A stretch of 64,000 nt of DNA from an uncultured bacterium (lineage in GTDB: Bacteria > Babelota > Babeliae > Babelales > JABCYS01): assembly GCA_963705705.1 (NCBI GenBank), contig CAVPKK010000006.1, forward strand, positions 64,001 through 128,000, read 5' to 3'. The translations under genes were made by a program, and so were the position numbers. Within the stretch, counting starts at the first letter, position 1, and each line of letters starts with the position of its first letter. Of the stretch, positions 48,569 to 58,165 are shown in pieces. The notes beneath the pieces are model-generated. The model saw nothing but the letters and a program-made list of their open reading frames with translations. It had not been told where the DNA came from and did no database searches.

Positions 48569-49936
48569 ATGCAGAAGACAATTAAATTACTCTCACTTTT
48601 CTGTTCCATCATACTGCTCGCTACCACTAACTTACACGCTCTTTATGAAAACATGAGGATATTTAAAAGGGTTGAAGATGGTAAGACCTATTATCTCTAT
48701 TGTCTAAGCGATAGACACGGAACAGCACTCCTCAAGCAAGCCAGCAATCTGGTAAAATATTTTCCACACCTAAGGCCGCTCGTAGTAGAACAACAAGAAC
48801 CATTTATCGACGCCCTTAATAATTGCTCAAAGCGGCAAGGGGATGCCTTGTCACAGTTCATACGAAAACTTAACCCAAACAGCTTCCTTTTAATTGATGA
48901 AGATATGGGCAGTTATACAGGTGATAATCCACTCTTTTCAAAATATGCGAAAGAAGTTCGCGTCAGCCATTTTATGGCTGGTATCTTTGACAGCAGCGCA
49001 TTAACAACTCATTTATTTGAGCAATGCAAATGGCCAATAAGAAATGCTGAATGTCGCTTTTATAATGAAGAACTTGCAAAGAAAAAAGCTATTGGTGGTA
49101 TCGGTTGGGATTCAGATTATAAAAATACAGTCAACCAACTAACTGACGAAGCAGAAAAGCTTATTGCCCCAGAAACTCTAAAAAAGTTTGTTGGACAATG
49201 CCTTGCAGATGTAAAGGATGAATTTGTTAAATGGGCGATGTATCCTATACCATATAATGTTCCATTGGTTGCCAATGGCTTAGTGAACGCACGCATGACA
49301 ATACTTATTTGGCAAAACCGCCAAACACCGCACATATTTGTATCCTGCGGCAAAGACCACGTTGACCATATTGTTCCGGAGCTGCCCCATCTAGGATATG
49401 AGGAACTATTCGTTGTCGACAATATGCTTGAGAAAGAAACTAAGCCAGGCCTAGAAGATTTAGCAAATGATCGTGAAAAAGTAATTCATTATCACATGAA
49501 AAAGCTTTCCCCAGAATTTTTGCAGAAAAACGGTATAAATCTGGCAGATGCTTTTAATTCTTTTATACAGCAAGAAGATTTACGCCTAACTTCAAACACA
49601 ATCCAAGAATCGAAAGAAAAATTCATTGAACTACCTGATACACCGCTAGTAAAAAGTATAAAATTGCTCAATAAGTTAACGCCGGATGTAGAACAGCTTG
49701 TATCACTACTTAACGCTCTTACTGGATTAAAGAAATCAATAACTTCCGATCAAAAATTGGTCGAAACTAATAATTCTGCATGTGGAAATTGTAAAGCGAA
49801 AGATGCTCCTTTGCGCTGCACACAATGCAAATCAACAAACTATTGTAATAAAGAATGCCAACAAGCTCATTGGAAAACGCACAAGAAAACATGCAAGATG
49901 CTGGCCGCTTCCTTCAAATCACCGCCAAATTCCTAA
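48569..49936 (+). CDS. Secreted protein with C-terminal MYND zinc finger and possible TIKI/EreA/ChaN-like domain
   Basis: Signal peptide; CGNC...CTQCKSTNYCNKECQQAHWKTHKKTC; LSDRH...IDED...CGKDH. Confidence 0.8.
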   Translation: MQKTIKLLSLFCSIILLATTNLHALYENMRIFKRVEDGKTYYLYCLSDRHGTALLKQASNLVKYFPHLRPLVVEQQEPFIDALNNCSKRQGDALSQFIRKLNPNSFLLIDEDMGSYTGDNPLFSKYAKEVRVSHFMAGIFDSSALTTHLFEQCKWPIRNAECRFYNEELAKKKAIGGIGWDSDYKNTVNQLTDEAEKLIAPETLKKFVGQCLADVKDEFVKWAMYPIPYNVPLVANGLVNARMTILIWQNRQTPHIFVSCGKDHVDHIVPELPHLGYEELFVVDNMLEKETKPGLEDLANDREKVIHYHMKKLSPEFLQKNGINLADAFNSFIQQEDLRLTSNTIQESKEKFIELPDTPLVKSIKLLNKLTPDVEQLVSLLNALTGLKKSITSDQKLVETNNSACGNCKAKDAPLRCTQCKSTNYCNKECQQAHWKTHKKTCKMLAASFKSPPNS

Positions 49937-49952
49937 ACTTGCCCGAAACAGC

Positions 49953-50093
49953 AAAAATTGCACTGCCTGTAACATCACATGCTCTGTTCTTGATGCAAAA
50001 ATGAACAAGCTGAATGAAAACCACCAAATTTTCGCAAAAAAGCTCAGATCTGCCGCAGCGGCTTTTGACCGGTTAAAGGTAGGAATCTAAACT
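49953..50093 (+). promoter_or_regulatory. Conserved upstream element, copy 2, ending in a sigma70-like promoter
   Basis: Same blocks as copy 1; TTGACC (50065)-17 bp-TAAACT (50088). Confidence 0.55.
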
Positions 50094-50136
50094 GGCCAGT
50101 ATCATTCAAAATATATCATTCATAATGGAGCGGAAT

Positions 50137-51717
50137 ATGCATATCTTTAGAAGCCTATCATTAGGTTTAATCTTACTCATCATCCCTATCGCCCTTCTCT
50201 CATCCAGTAACCCTGCACGAACATTGCAAGAAATTCGTCGTGAGTTTGGTATTCCAGCCCAAATGAACCAAGCAACTAATTCTGCCACACAAGCAGCCGC
50301 TCCATTTTCTTCTGTTTCTCAGGAGGAACAAGAGGAGAAAAAACAAGAAAGAGATATAGATCAACAATCAACAACACATGCAGATCAATCACAATCGTAT
50401 GCAATTGGTGAAATCCAAACTGTTCCTAGTGAAAAACAAAAAGACCGCGAAGACCACAAAGAAGCGATAGTAGCTTCGCATCAAACAAGCGTGCCTAATG
50501 AATTTCGCACCATGGATCCAAGATTAAAGTCTAATGATGTACAAGACGGGTTAATAGTTGCAGCTGCCACCAATAATATCCGATTACTCAAACTATATCT
50601 CAAGCAGATTGATATGTTGGCTCCAATAATCCTGTGTGGCCCAGAATTTGATATCGATAGGCGCCCAGTCTCATTTTTTTTAGATATGCATGTTCAAATT
50701 AATGCACGGAAATTGGCATTGCATTTATTCAAAGGCAGCATTATCCGTCCATCACGCGTATCACTTAACGAGGGATCGGTATCGTTAACTCGTGCAATTG
50801 AAGCTGGTCGGCTTGAAATATTTACGCTCCTGCCGGGAAATGCATTGTCACTGGCAGCAATTTTAGGTCACATCGAAGCTGTTGAAATATTTCTTGATAC
50901 CAACAATTGGTTCGAATGCTCAGAAAGCTTAGCTTCAATCTCGGAAGCAGCATTGGTTTATCTACTACTCTGGTCAGACTTGGTTACAGAGCCTGCCTAC
51001 GAAAAGATCGCAGAGGAATTATTATTCCAAGCCAAGATTAACCATGGCAATTACCCTGCCATTGCGCGTAGACTTTTGCAAGAGCTGACGCGTCGCGTAA
51101 ATAGCAATTTTTTGCCAAGGCGAAAAAGCGTCTATAGGAAAATAACAGGCTTGCTTCATATGGCCATGGTACACGGATCAACAGACATGCTAAAACTTAT
51201 TGCAGAAACTTTTAGAAATGTGCCTGACGCACATACTAATTTTGCACCACATGCAAATCGCATTCCATTGATTCCGGATGATATGGCAGAGGATACCGTT
51301 TGCGGCGAAAAACTTGGATTGTTGTTATCGCTGAACCTTGATCCTATTTCTTTTGCCTACCAAATGACTCATAAAATGACTGCCGATGCGCCACGAAATC
51401 CGCGCCTACTTTCGCGACTTAAGAAATTTATTCGCAGACGGCACACTCAACGAGAGGCGACTAGGGCGCTCATGGATCCATATCTTCCGCCAGTGCTGAC
51501 CGAAATTGTGGCAGACTATTCATTACCGCAAGTAACTAAAGAAGCTAAAAAGCAAATTATGGCAATGCGGCCGGCTGTACAGTGGAACCTAGACATCGAT
51601 GACGATTTCGGGCCAGCGATTGAGCTAATAGAACAGGAAGCGCAAACAGAAGCCGAGCAGCGGGCTGCGAGTGAACAGCGAATGGCGATGCAGGAAAGAA
51701 AGAGCCGCGAAAAATAA
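50137..51717 (+). CDS. Secreted protein with degenerate ankyrin repeats and a C-terminal F-box-like motif
   Basis: Signal peptide; GNALSLAAILGHIEAVEIFL, LLHMAMVHGSTDMLKLI; YLPPVLTEIVADY. Confidence 0.7.
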   Translation: MHIFRSLSLGLILLIIPIALLSSSNPARTLQEIRREFGIPAQMNQATNSATQAAAPFSSVSQEEQEEKKQERDIDQQSTTHADQSQSYAIGEIQTVPSEKQKDREDHKEAIVASHQTSVPNEFRTMDPRLKSNDVQDGLIVAAATNNIRLLKLYLKQIDMLAPIILCGPEFDIDRRPVSFFLDMHVQINARKLALHLFKGSIIRPSRVSLNEGSVSLTRAIEAGRLEIFTLLPGNALSLAAILGHIEAVEIFLDTNNWFECSESLASISEAALVYLLLWSDLVTEPAYEKIAEELLFQAKINHGNYPAIARRLLQELTRRVNSNFLPRRKSVYRKITGLLHMAMVHGSTDMLKLIAETFRNVPDAHTNFAPHANRIPLIPDDMAEDTVCGEKLGLLLSLNLDPISFAYQMTHKMTADAPRNPRLLSRLKKFIRRRHTQREATRALMDPYLPPVLTEIVADYSLPQVTKEAKKQIMAMRPAVQWNLDIDDDFGPAIELIEQEAQTEAEQRAASEQRMAMQERKSREK

Positions 51718-51723
51718 TCTATT

Positions 51724-52419
51724 TCACGTTATTTGCTTCTGCCAAATAGCCAACCTATTTTCCATCTCTCGTTTAGTATCAACCTGCGTCCATGCCAAAT
51801 GTATACGCATGGCAGATAGGCGTTCATAGCCAAAATGCCGCCACATGGAATCAAGTGATTTGTAATCTGATGGTCTCAGCGAATGATCATCAGGCCGCTC
51901 AACGGTCATCAGTACTGTATATTTATAGCCTTCTTTTCGCGCCTTATCTTCGTGAAATTCAAGAAATTTTCTCATAAATCCTTGGCCGCGGTATTCCGGA
52001 TATAGCATCACTTCGCCGATGTATAAGTAATCATTAAGATTCAACCCTTGCCGCTCAAATGGCGCTTTAAGTTCAGCCGATTCTTCTGCCAAGGGTATGG
52101 AATTGGAAAAGCCGACAACTTTGTCATTATCGAATACCAGCAAAACGACGGCGTTGGCCGAGCGAAAATAGGTTTCCAGATATTCCCGTTCATATTCCTG
52201 GCTGCCTTCATACAAATAGGGATATTCGCGGAATAGTGTAATGCGGATCCGCGCAATCTCCTCAAAATATTTTTTTGCCTCGTGGCCTGCTAATGCCGCC
52301 ATACGAATATTTTCTGGTCTTGATGATTCCATAGTTTTTCTTTGCATAGAGCATTGAGCAATTCCCGGCACAAGCATATGACATGCAAATACTAATGATA
52401 AAAATTTGTTCGTTGTCAT
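51724..52419 (-). CDS. GNAT family acetyltransferase
   Basis: RITLFREYPYLYEG, YIGEVMLYPEYRGQG acetyl-CoA motif, WRHFGY; hydrophobic N-terminal extension. Confidence 0.85.
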   Translation of the reverse strand: MTTNKFLSLVFACHMLVPGIAQCSMQRKTMESSRPENIRMAALAGHEAKKYFEEIARIRITLFREYPYLYEGSQEYEREYLETYFRSANAVVLLVFDNDKVVGFSNSIPLAEESAELKAPFERQGLNLNDYLYIGEVMLYPEYRGQGFMRKFLEFHEDKARKEGYKYTVLMTVERPDDHSLRPSDYKSLDSMWRHFGYERLSAMRIHLAWTQVDTKREMENRLAIWQKQIT

Positions 52420-53363
52420 TTTACCAAGTACTGTTTCAATACTCGCGTCAGTTGGTGCAGGGCCGCACGAACTCCGGACGTCTGCGTGATAACGTTCAAC
52501 ATCAATGAATCATGAATTAAGCCAAGATAACGAACGGCAACGACGGGCACTCCTGCTTGCATAAGTTTATGAGCATACGCTTCGCCTTCATCGCGCAATA
52601 CATCACATTCATTGGTCATGATTAGCGCTGGAGGCAACTGCTTAAGCTGCTCTAACGAAGCTTGCAATGGTGACACAAGCGGATCTTTACGTTGAGCCTT
52701 ATCAGGTACATAGGCATCCCAAAACCAGTACATCGCATTTTTTTCTAACCAATAGCCTTTTGCAAATTGCCCATACGATGCATCTTGGAACTGTGCATCC
52801 GTCACCGGATACAGCAAAGCTTGGAATAGAAATTTCGGCCCCTTGCGCTGTTGTGCCATCATCGCAATTGAAGTTGCAAGCAATCCGCCCACGCTATCGC
52901 CAGCAATTGCCATACATGAAGCATCGAGGTCATATTCTGCGCCATGTTTTTCTACCCATTGTGCAGCGGCATAGCCTTGCTCATGAATGACTGGATATTG
53001 TGCTTCTGGTGCTCGGGTATATTCGACAAAAACTACTGCTGCTTGTGTTTCATTTACCACTTCACGCATTAATCGCTCATGGGTATTAAAACTGCCAAGC
53101 ACCCAACCACCACCATGCATCCAGAGAATGACGGGCAGTTTGTCTTTAGAATTCTGTGGCCGCAAAATATATACATCAACAGTACCCTGCGAACCTACGG
53201 GAATAGTTACTTTTTTAATGTCTGCCGGCAGCATGGTAACTGCAACAGATTTTTGGAGATTTTCTAGAACGACACGAGCCTCTGCAGGCGTTAATGAAGT
53301 CAGCGGCTTACCATCTTGTTTTGCAAGCGCATCTAAAAATGATTGGCATATCGGATCTACCAT
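52416..53363 (-). CDS. HSL-family esterase/lipase
   Basis: HGGGW, GDSVG, DVLRDEG, GLIHD; GAGGAG RBS before ATG 53363. Confidence 0.9.
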   Translation of the reverse strand: MVDPICQSFLDALAKQDGKPLTSLTPAEARVVLENLQKSVAVTMLPADIKKVTIPVGSQGTVDVYILRPQNSKDKLPVILWMHGGGWVLGSFNTHERLMREVVNETQAAVVFVEYTRAPEAQYPVIHEQGYAAAQWVEKHGAEYDLDASCMAIAGDSVGGLLATSIAMMAQQRKGPKFLFQALLYPVTDAQFQDASYGQFAKGYWLEKNAMYWFWDAYVPDKAQRKDPLVSPLQASLEQLKQLPPALIMTNECDVLRDEGEAYAHKLMQAGVPVVAVRYLGLIHDSLMLNVITQTSGVRAALHQLTRVLKQYLVK

Positions 53364-53456
53364 TACAACTCTCCTCACTTAGTTTATAGATTTGATTCAC
53401 ATGTAACGTTAACACAAATTCAACCAAAGTAAGATCACTGCAGGTGTGTGAAATCA

Positions 53457-54485
53457 CTACAATTGCAACATCCCCGCATTCTCTCGGAATTTTGTTCCAA
53501 AGCCCTGTGAGCGCTTCATTATAAGATTCATTATTTGTTGCGCTTCACCACCTTCAGCTCGATTCACTGTCATATCAGTAATGCGAGCAGGAATAATAGA
53601 AAGCTGAGTAATTTTTTTATTCTCAACCATTATTGAAAACAATGCAGTTAAATCATTGCGCAATTTATCATCTATTGCATAGTCATCAATAAAATCACCC
53701 ATATCATAAAGAATGAGTTTATTCTTGTATTGCTCAATCCCTTGGACCACGTGGGCGCTGTGACCCGCTATCAAATCTGCACCGGCATCTATCATGGCAT
53801 GCGCATAATCAATAAAATTCTGCGACGGATATTCGCGCATATTCGGCCCCCAATGCAAAGTAACAATTAAAATATCAACTAAGGGTTTGTGCATCTTAAT
53901 AGCAGCAAGCAACTGCGCATCGCCGACTGCGATGTAATCCGTACCTGGTTTATGTGGACCTGCAATCCAAGTCGGTTCATTATCCGTGGCACCAAAGATA
54001 GCAAAGCGTGTGCCATTGATCGTGAATAAATAAGGTTTTCGCGCTTCAACATCATTCATGCCGGCGCCGACAGAAGCGATATTTGCTTGTTTTAATGTCT
54101 TCAATGTTTCTTCAAACCCAGTCAGGCCATAATCAAGCACATGATTGTTGGCAATGTTCACGATGCTGATATTTGCTTGTTTAAGAACGGCAACATGCGC
54201 TGGATCAGATTTAAAATTGAATACCTTTGGCACTGGTTGATTATTGGTAGTCAGCGCCGTTTCAAGATTACAAACAACAAGATTTTGTTGCTGCATAATA
54301 GGCAACATAGTGCCCCATAGATTATGGTTCGGTTGTGCTCGCAATAACTCATTGACCATACGGCCGATCATTACATCGCCGACAAAGCCAATATGGATTG
54401 GTGGTTCAGCACTGCGAGATGATTTGAATTGGTTAAGAAACAAAATTGCGCATGCAGCCAAAAGCACAAGTAATAATTTCTTCAT
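53457..54485 (-). CDS. CapA family (PGA_cap) metallophosphoesterase
   Basis: VGDVMIGR, NLET, ANNHVLDYG, HWG, GHSAHV, YDMGDF. Confidence 0.9.
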   Translation of the reverse strand: MKKLLLVLLAACAILFLNQFKSSRSAEPPIHIGFVGDVMIGRMVNELLRAQPNHNLWGTMLPIMQQQNLVVCNLETALTTNNQPVPKVFNFKSDPAHVAVLKQANISIVNIANNHVLDYGLTGFEETLKTLKQANIASVGAGMNDVEARKPYLFTINGTRFAIFGATDNEPTWIAGPHKPGTDYIAVGDAQLLAAIKMHKPLVDILIVTLHWGPNMREYPSQNFIDYAHAMIDAGADLIAGHSAHVVQGIEQYKNKLILYDMGDFIDDYAIDDKLRNDLTALFSIMVENKKITQLSIIPARITDMTVNRAEGGEAQQIMNLIMKRSQGFGTKFRENAGMLQL

Positions 54486-54547
54486 TAATACATCTATCCT
54501 AGAATTTAATCGTGTACTTTTGCGTTAAATAGAATAGGTAAGCCAAA

Positions 54548-54699
54548 TTAAGGCATAAGAATTTTAACGTGCTTTATCTTATTGAAGTCTGAATCAAGTG
54601 TCAGAACCGATGACTTCTCGCGCTCTGCTAAAGCGACTGCTTTTCTTCAAATGCAACCGCCAACATTGGTGATGCATCGAGGATTAAGGATGAATCCAT
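54548..54699 (-). pseudogene. Internally deleted PIN-domain (VapC-like) toxin remnant
   Basis: MDSSLILDASPMLAVAFEEK joined out of frame to AVALAEREKSSVLTLDSDFNKIKHVKILMP; ATG overlaps upstream TAA. Confidence 0.7.
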
Positions 54700-54905
54700 T
54701 AATCGCCCCAAATAATATCTTTATCAGGACGAGTATCGCGCTTTGGTCTTTTACCATTTACAAGGCCTATACCAATTAGTTTGCGCCAGCCCTGTAGGTT
54801 TTCCAGTTTTTTTGGTGTTTTGGCACTTTTCTTTGTTACAGCTTTTGCAGCGGTTTTTTTTGTTGCGACACGTTTCTTGGTAACGGTCTTCTTTTTTGGT
54901 TGCAT
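54699..54905 (-). CDS. 68-aa protein with Lys/Ala/Thr-rich N-terminus, candidate antitoxin
   Basis: AGGAG RBS; MQPKKKTVTKKRVATKKTAAKAVTKKSAKTPKK...WGD; TAATG-coupled to the PIN remnant. Confidence 0.65.
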   Translation of the reverse strand: MQPKKKTVTKKRVATKKTAAKAVTKKSAKTPKKLENLQGWRKLIGIGLVNGKRPKRDTRPDKDIIWGD

Positions 54906-54997
54906 GAGGTGAAAACTCCTATCAATTGAATAGTTATAATCAAGGTACCGCAAGAGCACCCAAAGTCAACATACTTTTGGTTGCTAACGATAGCAGC

Positions 54998-55022
54998 AAA
55001 AAACCCACTCGAGTGAGTGGGT
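54998..55022 (-). terminator. Intrinsic terminator downstream of rplU
   Basis: ACCCACTC-4 nt loop-GAGTGGGT with T-tract on minus strand. Confidence 0.75.
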
Positions 55023-55051
55023 CTTTCGTTTAAAATATTTAATTAAGGCGA

Positions 55052-55426
55052 TTAAATTGATTCGACGCGAACCACGGTGATTAATTGGCGGTGGCCTTTT
55101 TTGACCTGAACCTTTTTACGGCGTTTGAAGCGGAAGGAAATAACTTTAGGGCCTTTGTCTTGTTTCAAGATCACAGCCTTGACGACTGCTTTTGCTACAA
55201 ACGGCTGGCCGATTTCTACTTTATCTGGACCAAGCTTGCGCAGGAGAACTTCTTTAAATTCTACTTTGCTGCCATCTTCGCCTTCAAGTTTTTCAAGACC
55301 AAGAGTTTTACCTTCGATGGCTTGGTATTGCTTACCGCCCGTTTGGATAATAGCATAGCGTTCAGCTACTGCTTCTTCTGTCTTTTTATCTGTCTTTTTT
55401 GCTGTCTGCTGCTTTTGTGCGACCAT
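55052..55426 (-). CDS. rplU: 50S ribosomal protein L21 with N-terminal extension
   Basis: YAIIQTGGKQY, IGQPFV, KRRK...GHRQ. Confidence 0.95.
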   Translation of the reverse strand: MVAQKQQTAKKTDKKTEEAVAERYAIIQTGGKQYQAIEGKTLGLEKLEGEDGSKVEFKEVLLRKLGPDKVEIGQPFVAKAVVKAVILKQDKGPKVISFRFKRRKKVQVKKGHRQLITVVRVESI

Positions 55427-55683
55427 GAAAATCCTCTAAAATCTAAACTTTTATCTCATAAACGGGGACGGCTATTGTAGCAAAAGCTCATCTTTCGCCA
55501 ACCAGGGCAGGCCTGGGACCAACAACAATTTTTTTAGTGTATGACCCCTTTAATTCCGTCAGGCAAGCGATTCAGCTTATAAAGGCAAGTTATCGCAGAT
55601 TAAGGGTCCGTTCCCTCCCCTTAATAATCCCCTCCCTGAATCTTTACTATATGGAGGGCAAGCCCTCCATGCCACCCTTTTTT

Positions 55684-55716
55684 GCGCTTTGGAAGCATTC
55701 TAATCAGGATGAGCGC
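55684..55716. repeat. Degenerate REP-like element overlapping the mutS 3' end
   Basis: GCGCT...TCAGGATGAGCGC; encodes the last residues CAHPD and the stop of MutS. Confidence 0.55.
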
Positions 55717-58165
55717 ATTCAGACTTTATTTCCGAGCTGTATAGAGAGAAATTATCCGATGATGTTTTCCCTAGGCGATTCAGGATTTCCTGTGCCCGGG
55801 CGACTATAGGGGCGGGCAGGCCGGCCAGCTTTGCCGCGGCTATACCAAAGCTGCCATCGGCGGCGCCGGGGACCATTTTATAGAGGAATAGGATGCCAGT
55901 CGGCACCTGCTTGTTGGCAGCATGATAGCTCACCATGCCAGGGATATTGTCTAGCGCCGTAAGCTCATGGTAATGGGTGGCAAATAGGCAGCGGGCCTTA
56001 ATCTGATGCAGATGCTCAATGACCGCCTGGGCAATGGCCAGACCGTCATAGGTGCTGGTCCCGCGGCCGACTTCATCCAGGATAACGAGGCTGCGGCTAG
56101 TTGCCTGGGTGCAGATGGCGGCTGTCTCTTCCATTTCAATAAGAAAGGTGCTTTTCCCACCGCTGACATTGTCTCCCGCACCGATTCGGGTAAAGATGCG
56201 ATCGAGGATTGGCATAATGGCTGATTTTGCTGGTACATAGGTGCCCATGTGGGCCATAAGGGAAATTAGGGCCACTTGGCGCAGATAGGTCGACTTACCG
56301 CCCATGTTTGGCCCAGTAATGATCCAGATAGATTGATCGTCATTCAATAGGGAATCGTTCGGGATAAATTGATGGCCAAGGGCAGCGGCTACCACCGGAT
56401 GCTTTCCGGATTCAATTATTATTGAGCGGTCAGTAATTGAATTATCGTTAAATATCGGACGAACATAGCCGTTATGGTATGAAACCAAACTGAGACCAAC
56501 TAAGCCATCCAAATGGGCCAATGCTTGTGCGGTATGCCGTAAAAAAGTGAGTTGTTGAATAACGGCACCTTTAACTTGTTCAAAAAGCGCCTGTTCTAAT
56601 GATTTAACTTCATGCTGAGCGGCTAGGATTTCACCCTGTAGCCGTCGCAATGCTGGCATGATGAACCGCTCACGACCGGCGAGTGTTTGTTGGCGCGTAT
56701 AATCCGGTGGCACAAGATGAAAGTTGGCTTTGGTGATTTCAATGTAATATCCATGCACCGAATTGTATCGAATTTTGAGCGACTGAATGCCGGTCCGTTC
56801 GCTTTCGGCCGCCTCAAGTTCCATAATTTTTGTATTGCTATTGTTTGCCAAATCGCGGAGCTGATCAAGTTGCTTATCAAATCCTTCCTTAATGAGCTGA
56901 TCAGGATTGTCGGTAGTAAGCGCTTGCTCGAGCAATTTCCATAGCTGTTGTAAATCGGCTAAGCGTTCATAAATTGCTGCCATTAATGTGCTATGCACAC
57001 GCACCGATTCGATAGCAGTTCGCAATGCCGGCAATATGCCCAATGCTTGCTTAAGCAAAAGATAATCGTGCGGTGTTGCCCGACGCAATGCAATACGGCC
57101 AACAACCCGCTCCAAATCCCCTACTTCCTTGAGCGATTGCTCAGTTGAACGGAGTGTTGTCGGTGCCATAGTCAATGATTGAATGGCATCCAAGCGCTGC
57201 TCAATATGTGGCTTGGAAACTAATGGCCGCTGAATCCATTTTTTTATTGTTCGCGAACCCATGGCTGTGACTGCGCCATCGAGATGGCCAAATAACGTAA
57301 GGCCACCTTCATGCATCGGACGAATCAGTTCCAAATTGCGCTGGCTAGCCGGATCAATAAGCAAAAATTCTTCTGGTTGGTAAAAGTGGATGTTACGAAA
57401 TTGTTCGAGCGCCGCTTCCTGATTCTTTTTGAGATAGGTATGAAACATGGCCATTGCTGAACGCAGGCCACTGGATGCATTTATTTTTGTGTTAGTGTCA
57501 CGATCAAAGTGGCGCGAAAGCCACCCACGCATGGCGCCTTCGTCTTCTGATACGACGGGCGTTGTGTAATACCCAAGTTTTTTAAACTGTCCGGCATATT
57601 CCGTTGATTTGGTATCGGGCAGGAGAATTTCATCGGGCAGAAAACGATTTATTTCTGATTCAAGGGCTTTCGAAACTTCTGGCAGTTGCTCAAGCAACTG
57701 AGGTGGTAAGGTGGTGGCAAATAGTTGGGCTGAAAGCAGTTCGCCGAATAGTAGGCCGCAGCCATTTGGATCTGGGAAAAAGGAGCAAAGATATGAAGCA
57801 GATTTTTGGTCTAATAATTTATCATCGGTTAATGTACCGGGCGTAAGTACGCGGGTCACAGCCCGAGCAACCAATTTGCCTGGTACCGCCTCTTCCAGTT
57901 GCTCAGCCAAGGCAACCTTAAACCCCTGGCGGACCAATTTGGTTATGTAATGGCTCGATGTATGGATCGGCACGCCGCATAAAGGAATCGGTTCGCCATT
58001 ATGGGTACCACGTTTAGTTAAGGTAAGGCCAATCGCAGCTGAAACTACTTTGGCATCGTCCCAAAATAGTTCGAAGAAGTCGCCGACCTGGAACAATAAT
58101 ATGGTATCTGGGTACTGGGATTTAATGTCAACATATTGTTGCATTAAGGGAGTGTAGTTGCTCAT
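55700..58165 (-). CDS. mutS: DNA mismatch repair protein MutS
   Basis: TPLMQQY, QVGDFFELF, TPGT, TGPNMGGKSTYLRQ, DEVGRGTST, FATHYHEL, SFGI. Confidence 0.96.
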   Translation of the reverse strand: MSNYTPLMQQYVDIKSQYPDTILLFQVGDFFELFWDDAKVVSAAIGLTLTKRGTHNGEPIPLCGVPIHTSSHYITKLVRQGFKVALAEQLEEAVPGKLVARAVTRVLTPGTLTDDKLLDQKSASYLCSFFPDPNGCGLLFGELLSAQLFATTLPPQLLEQLPEVSKALESEINRFLPDEILLPDTKSTEYAGQFKKLGYYTTPVVSEDEGAMRGWLSRHFDRDTNTKINASSGLRSAMAMFHTYLKKNQEAALEQFRNIHFYQPEEFLLIDPASQRNLELIRPMHEGGLTLFGHLDGAVTAMGSRTIKKWIQRPLVSKPHIEQRLDAIQSLTMAPTTLRSTEQSLKEVGDLERVVGRIALRRATPHDYLLLKQALGILPALRTAIESVRVHSTLMAAIYERLADLQQLWKLLEQALTTDNPDQLIKEGFDKQLDQLRDLANNSNTKIMELEAAESERTGIQSLKIRYNSVHGYYIEITKANFHLVPPDYTRQQTLAGRERFIMPALRRLQGEILAAQHEVKSLEQALFEQVKGAVIQQLTFLRHTAQALAHLDGLVGLSLVSYHNGYVRPIFNDNSITDRSIIIESGKHPVVAAALGHQFIPNDSLLNDDQSIWIITGPNMGGKSTYLRQVALISLMAHMGTYVPAKSAIMPILDRIFTRIGAGDNVSGGKSTFLIEMEETAAICTQATSRSLVILDEVGRGTSTYDGLAIAQAVIEHLHQIKARCLFATHYHELTALDNIPGMVSYHAANKQVPTGILFLYKMVPGAADGSFGIAAAKLAGLPAPIVARAQEILNRLGKTSSDNFSLYSSEIKSECAHPD

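Noticed and set aside
53457..54485. Poly-gamma-glutamate capsule locus
   Set aside because: Only a CapA-family gene; capB and capC are absent here and stand-alone CapA homologues are widespread
55700..56400. Higher GC in the 3' part of mutS as a recombination patch
   Set aside because: Only spot-checked; may reflect the Gly/Ala-rich ATPase domain; needs a GC3 sliding window
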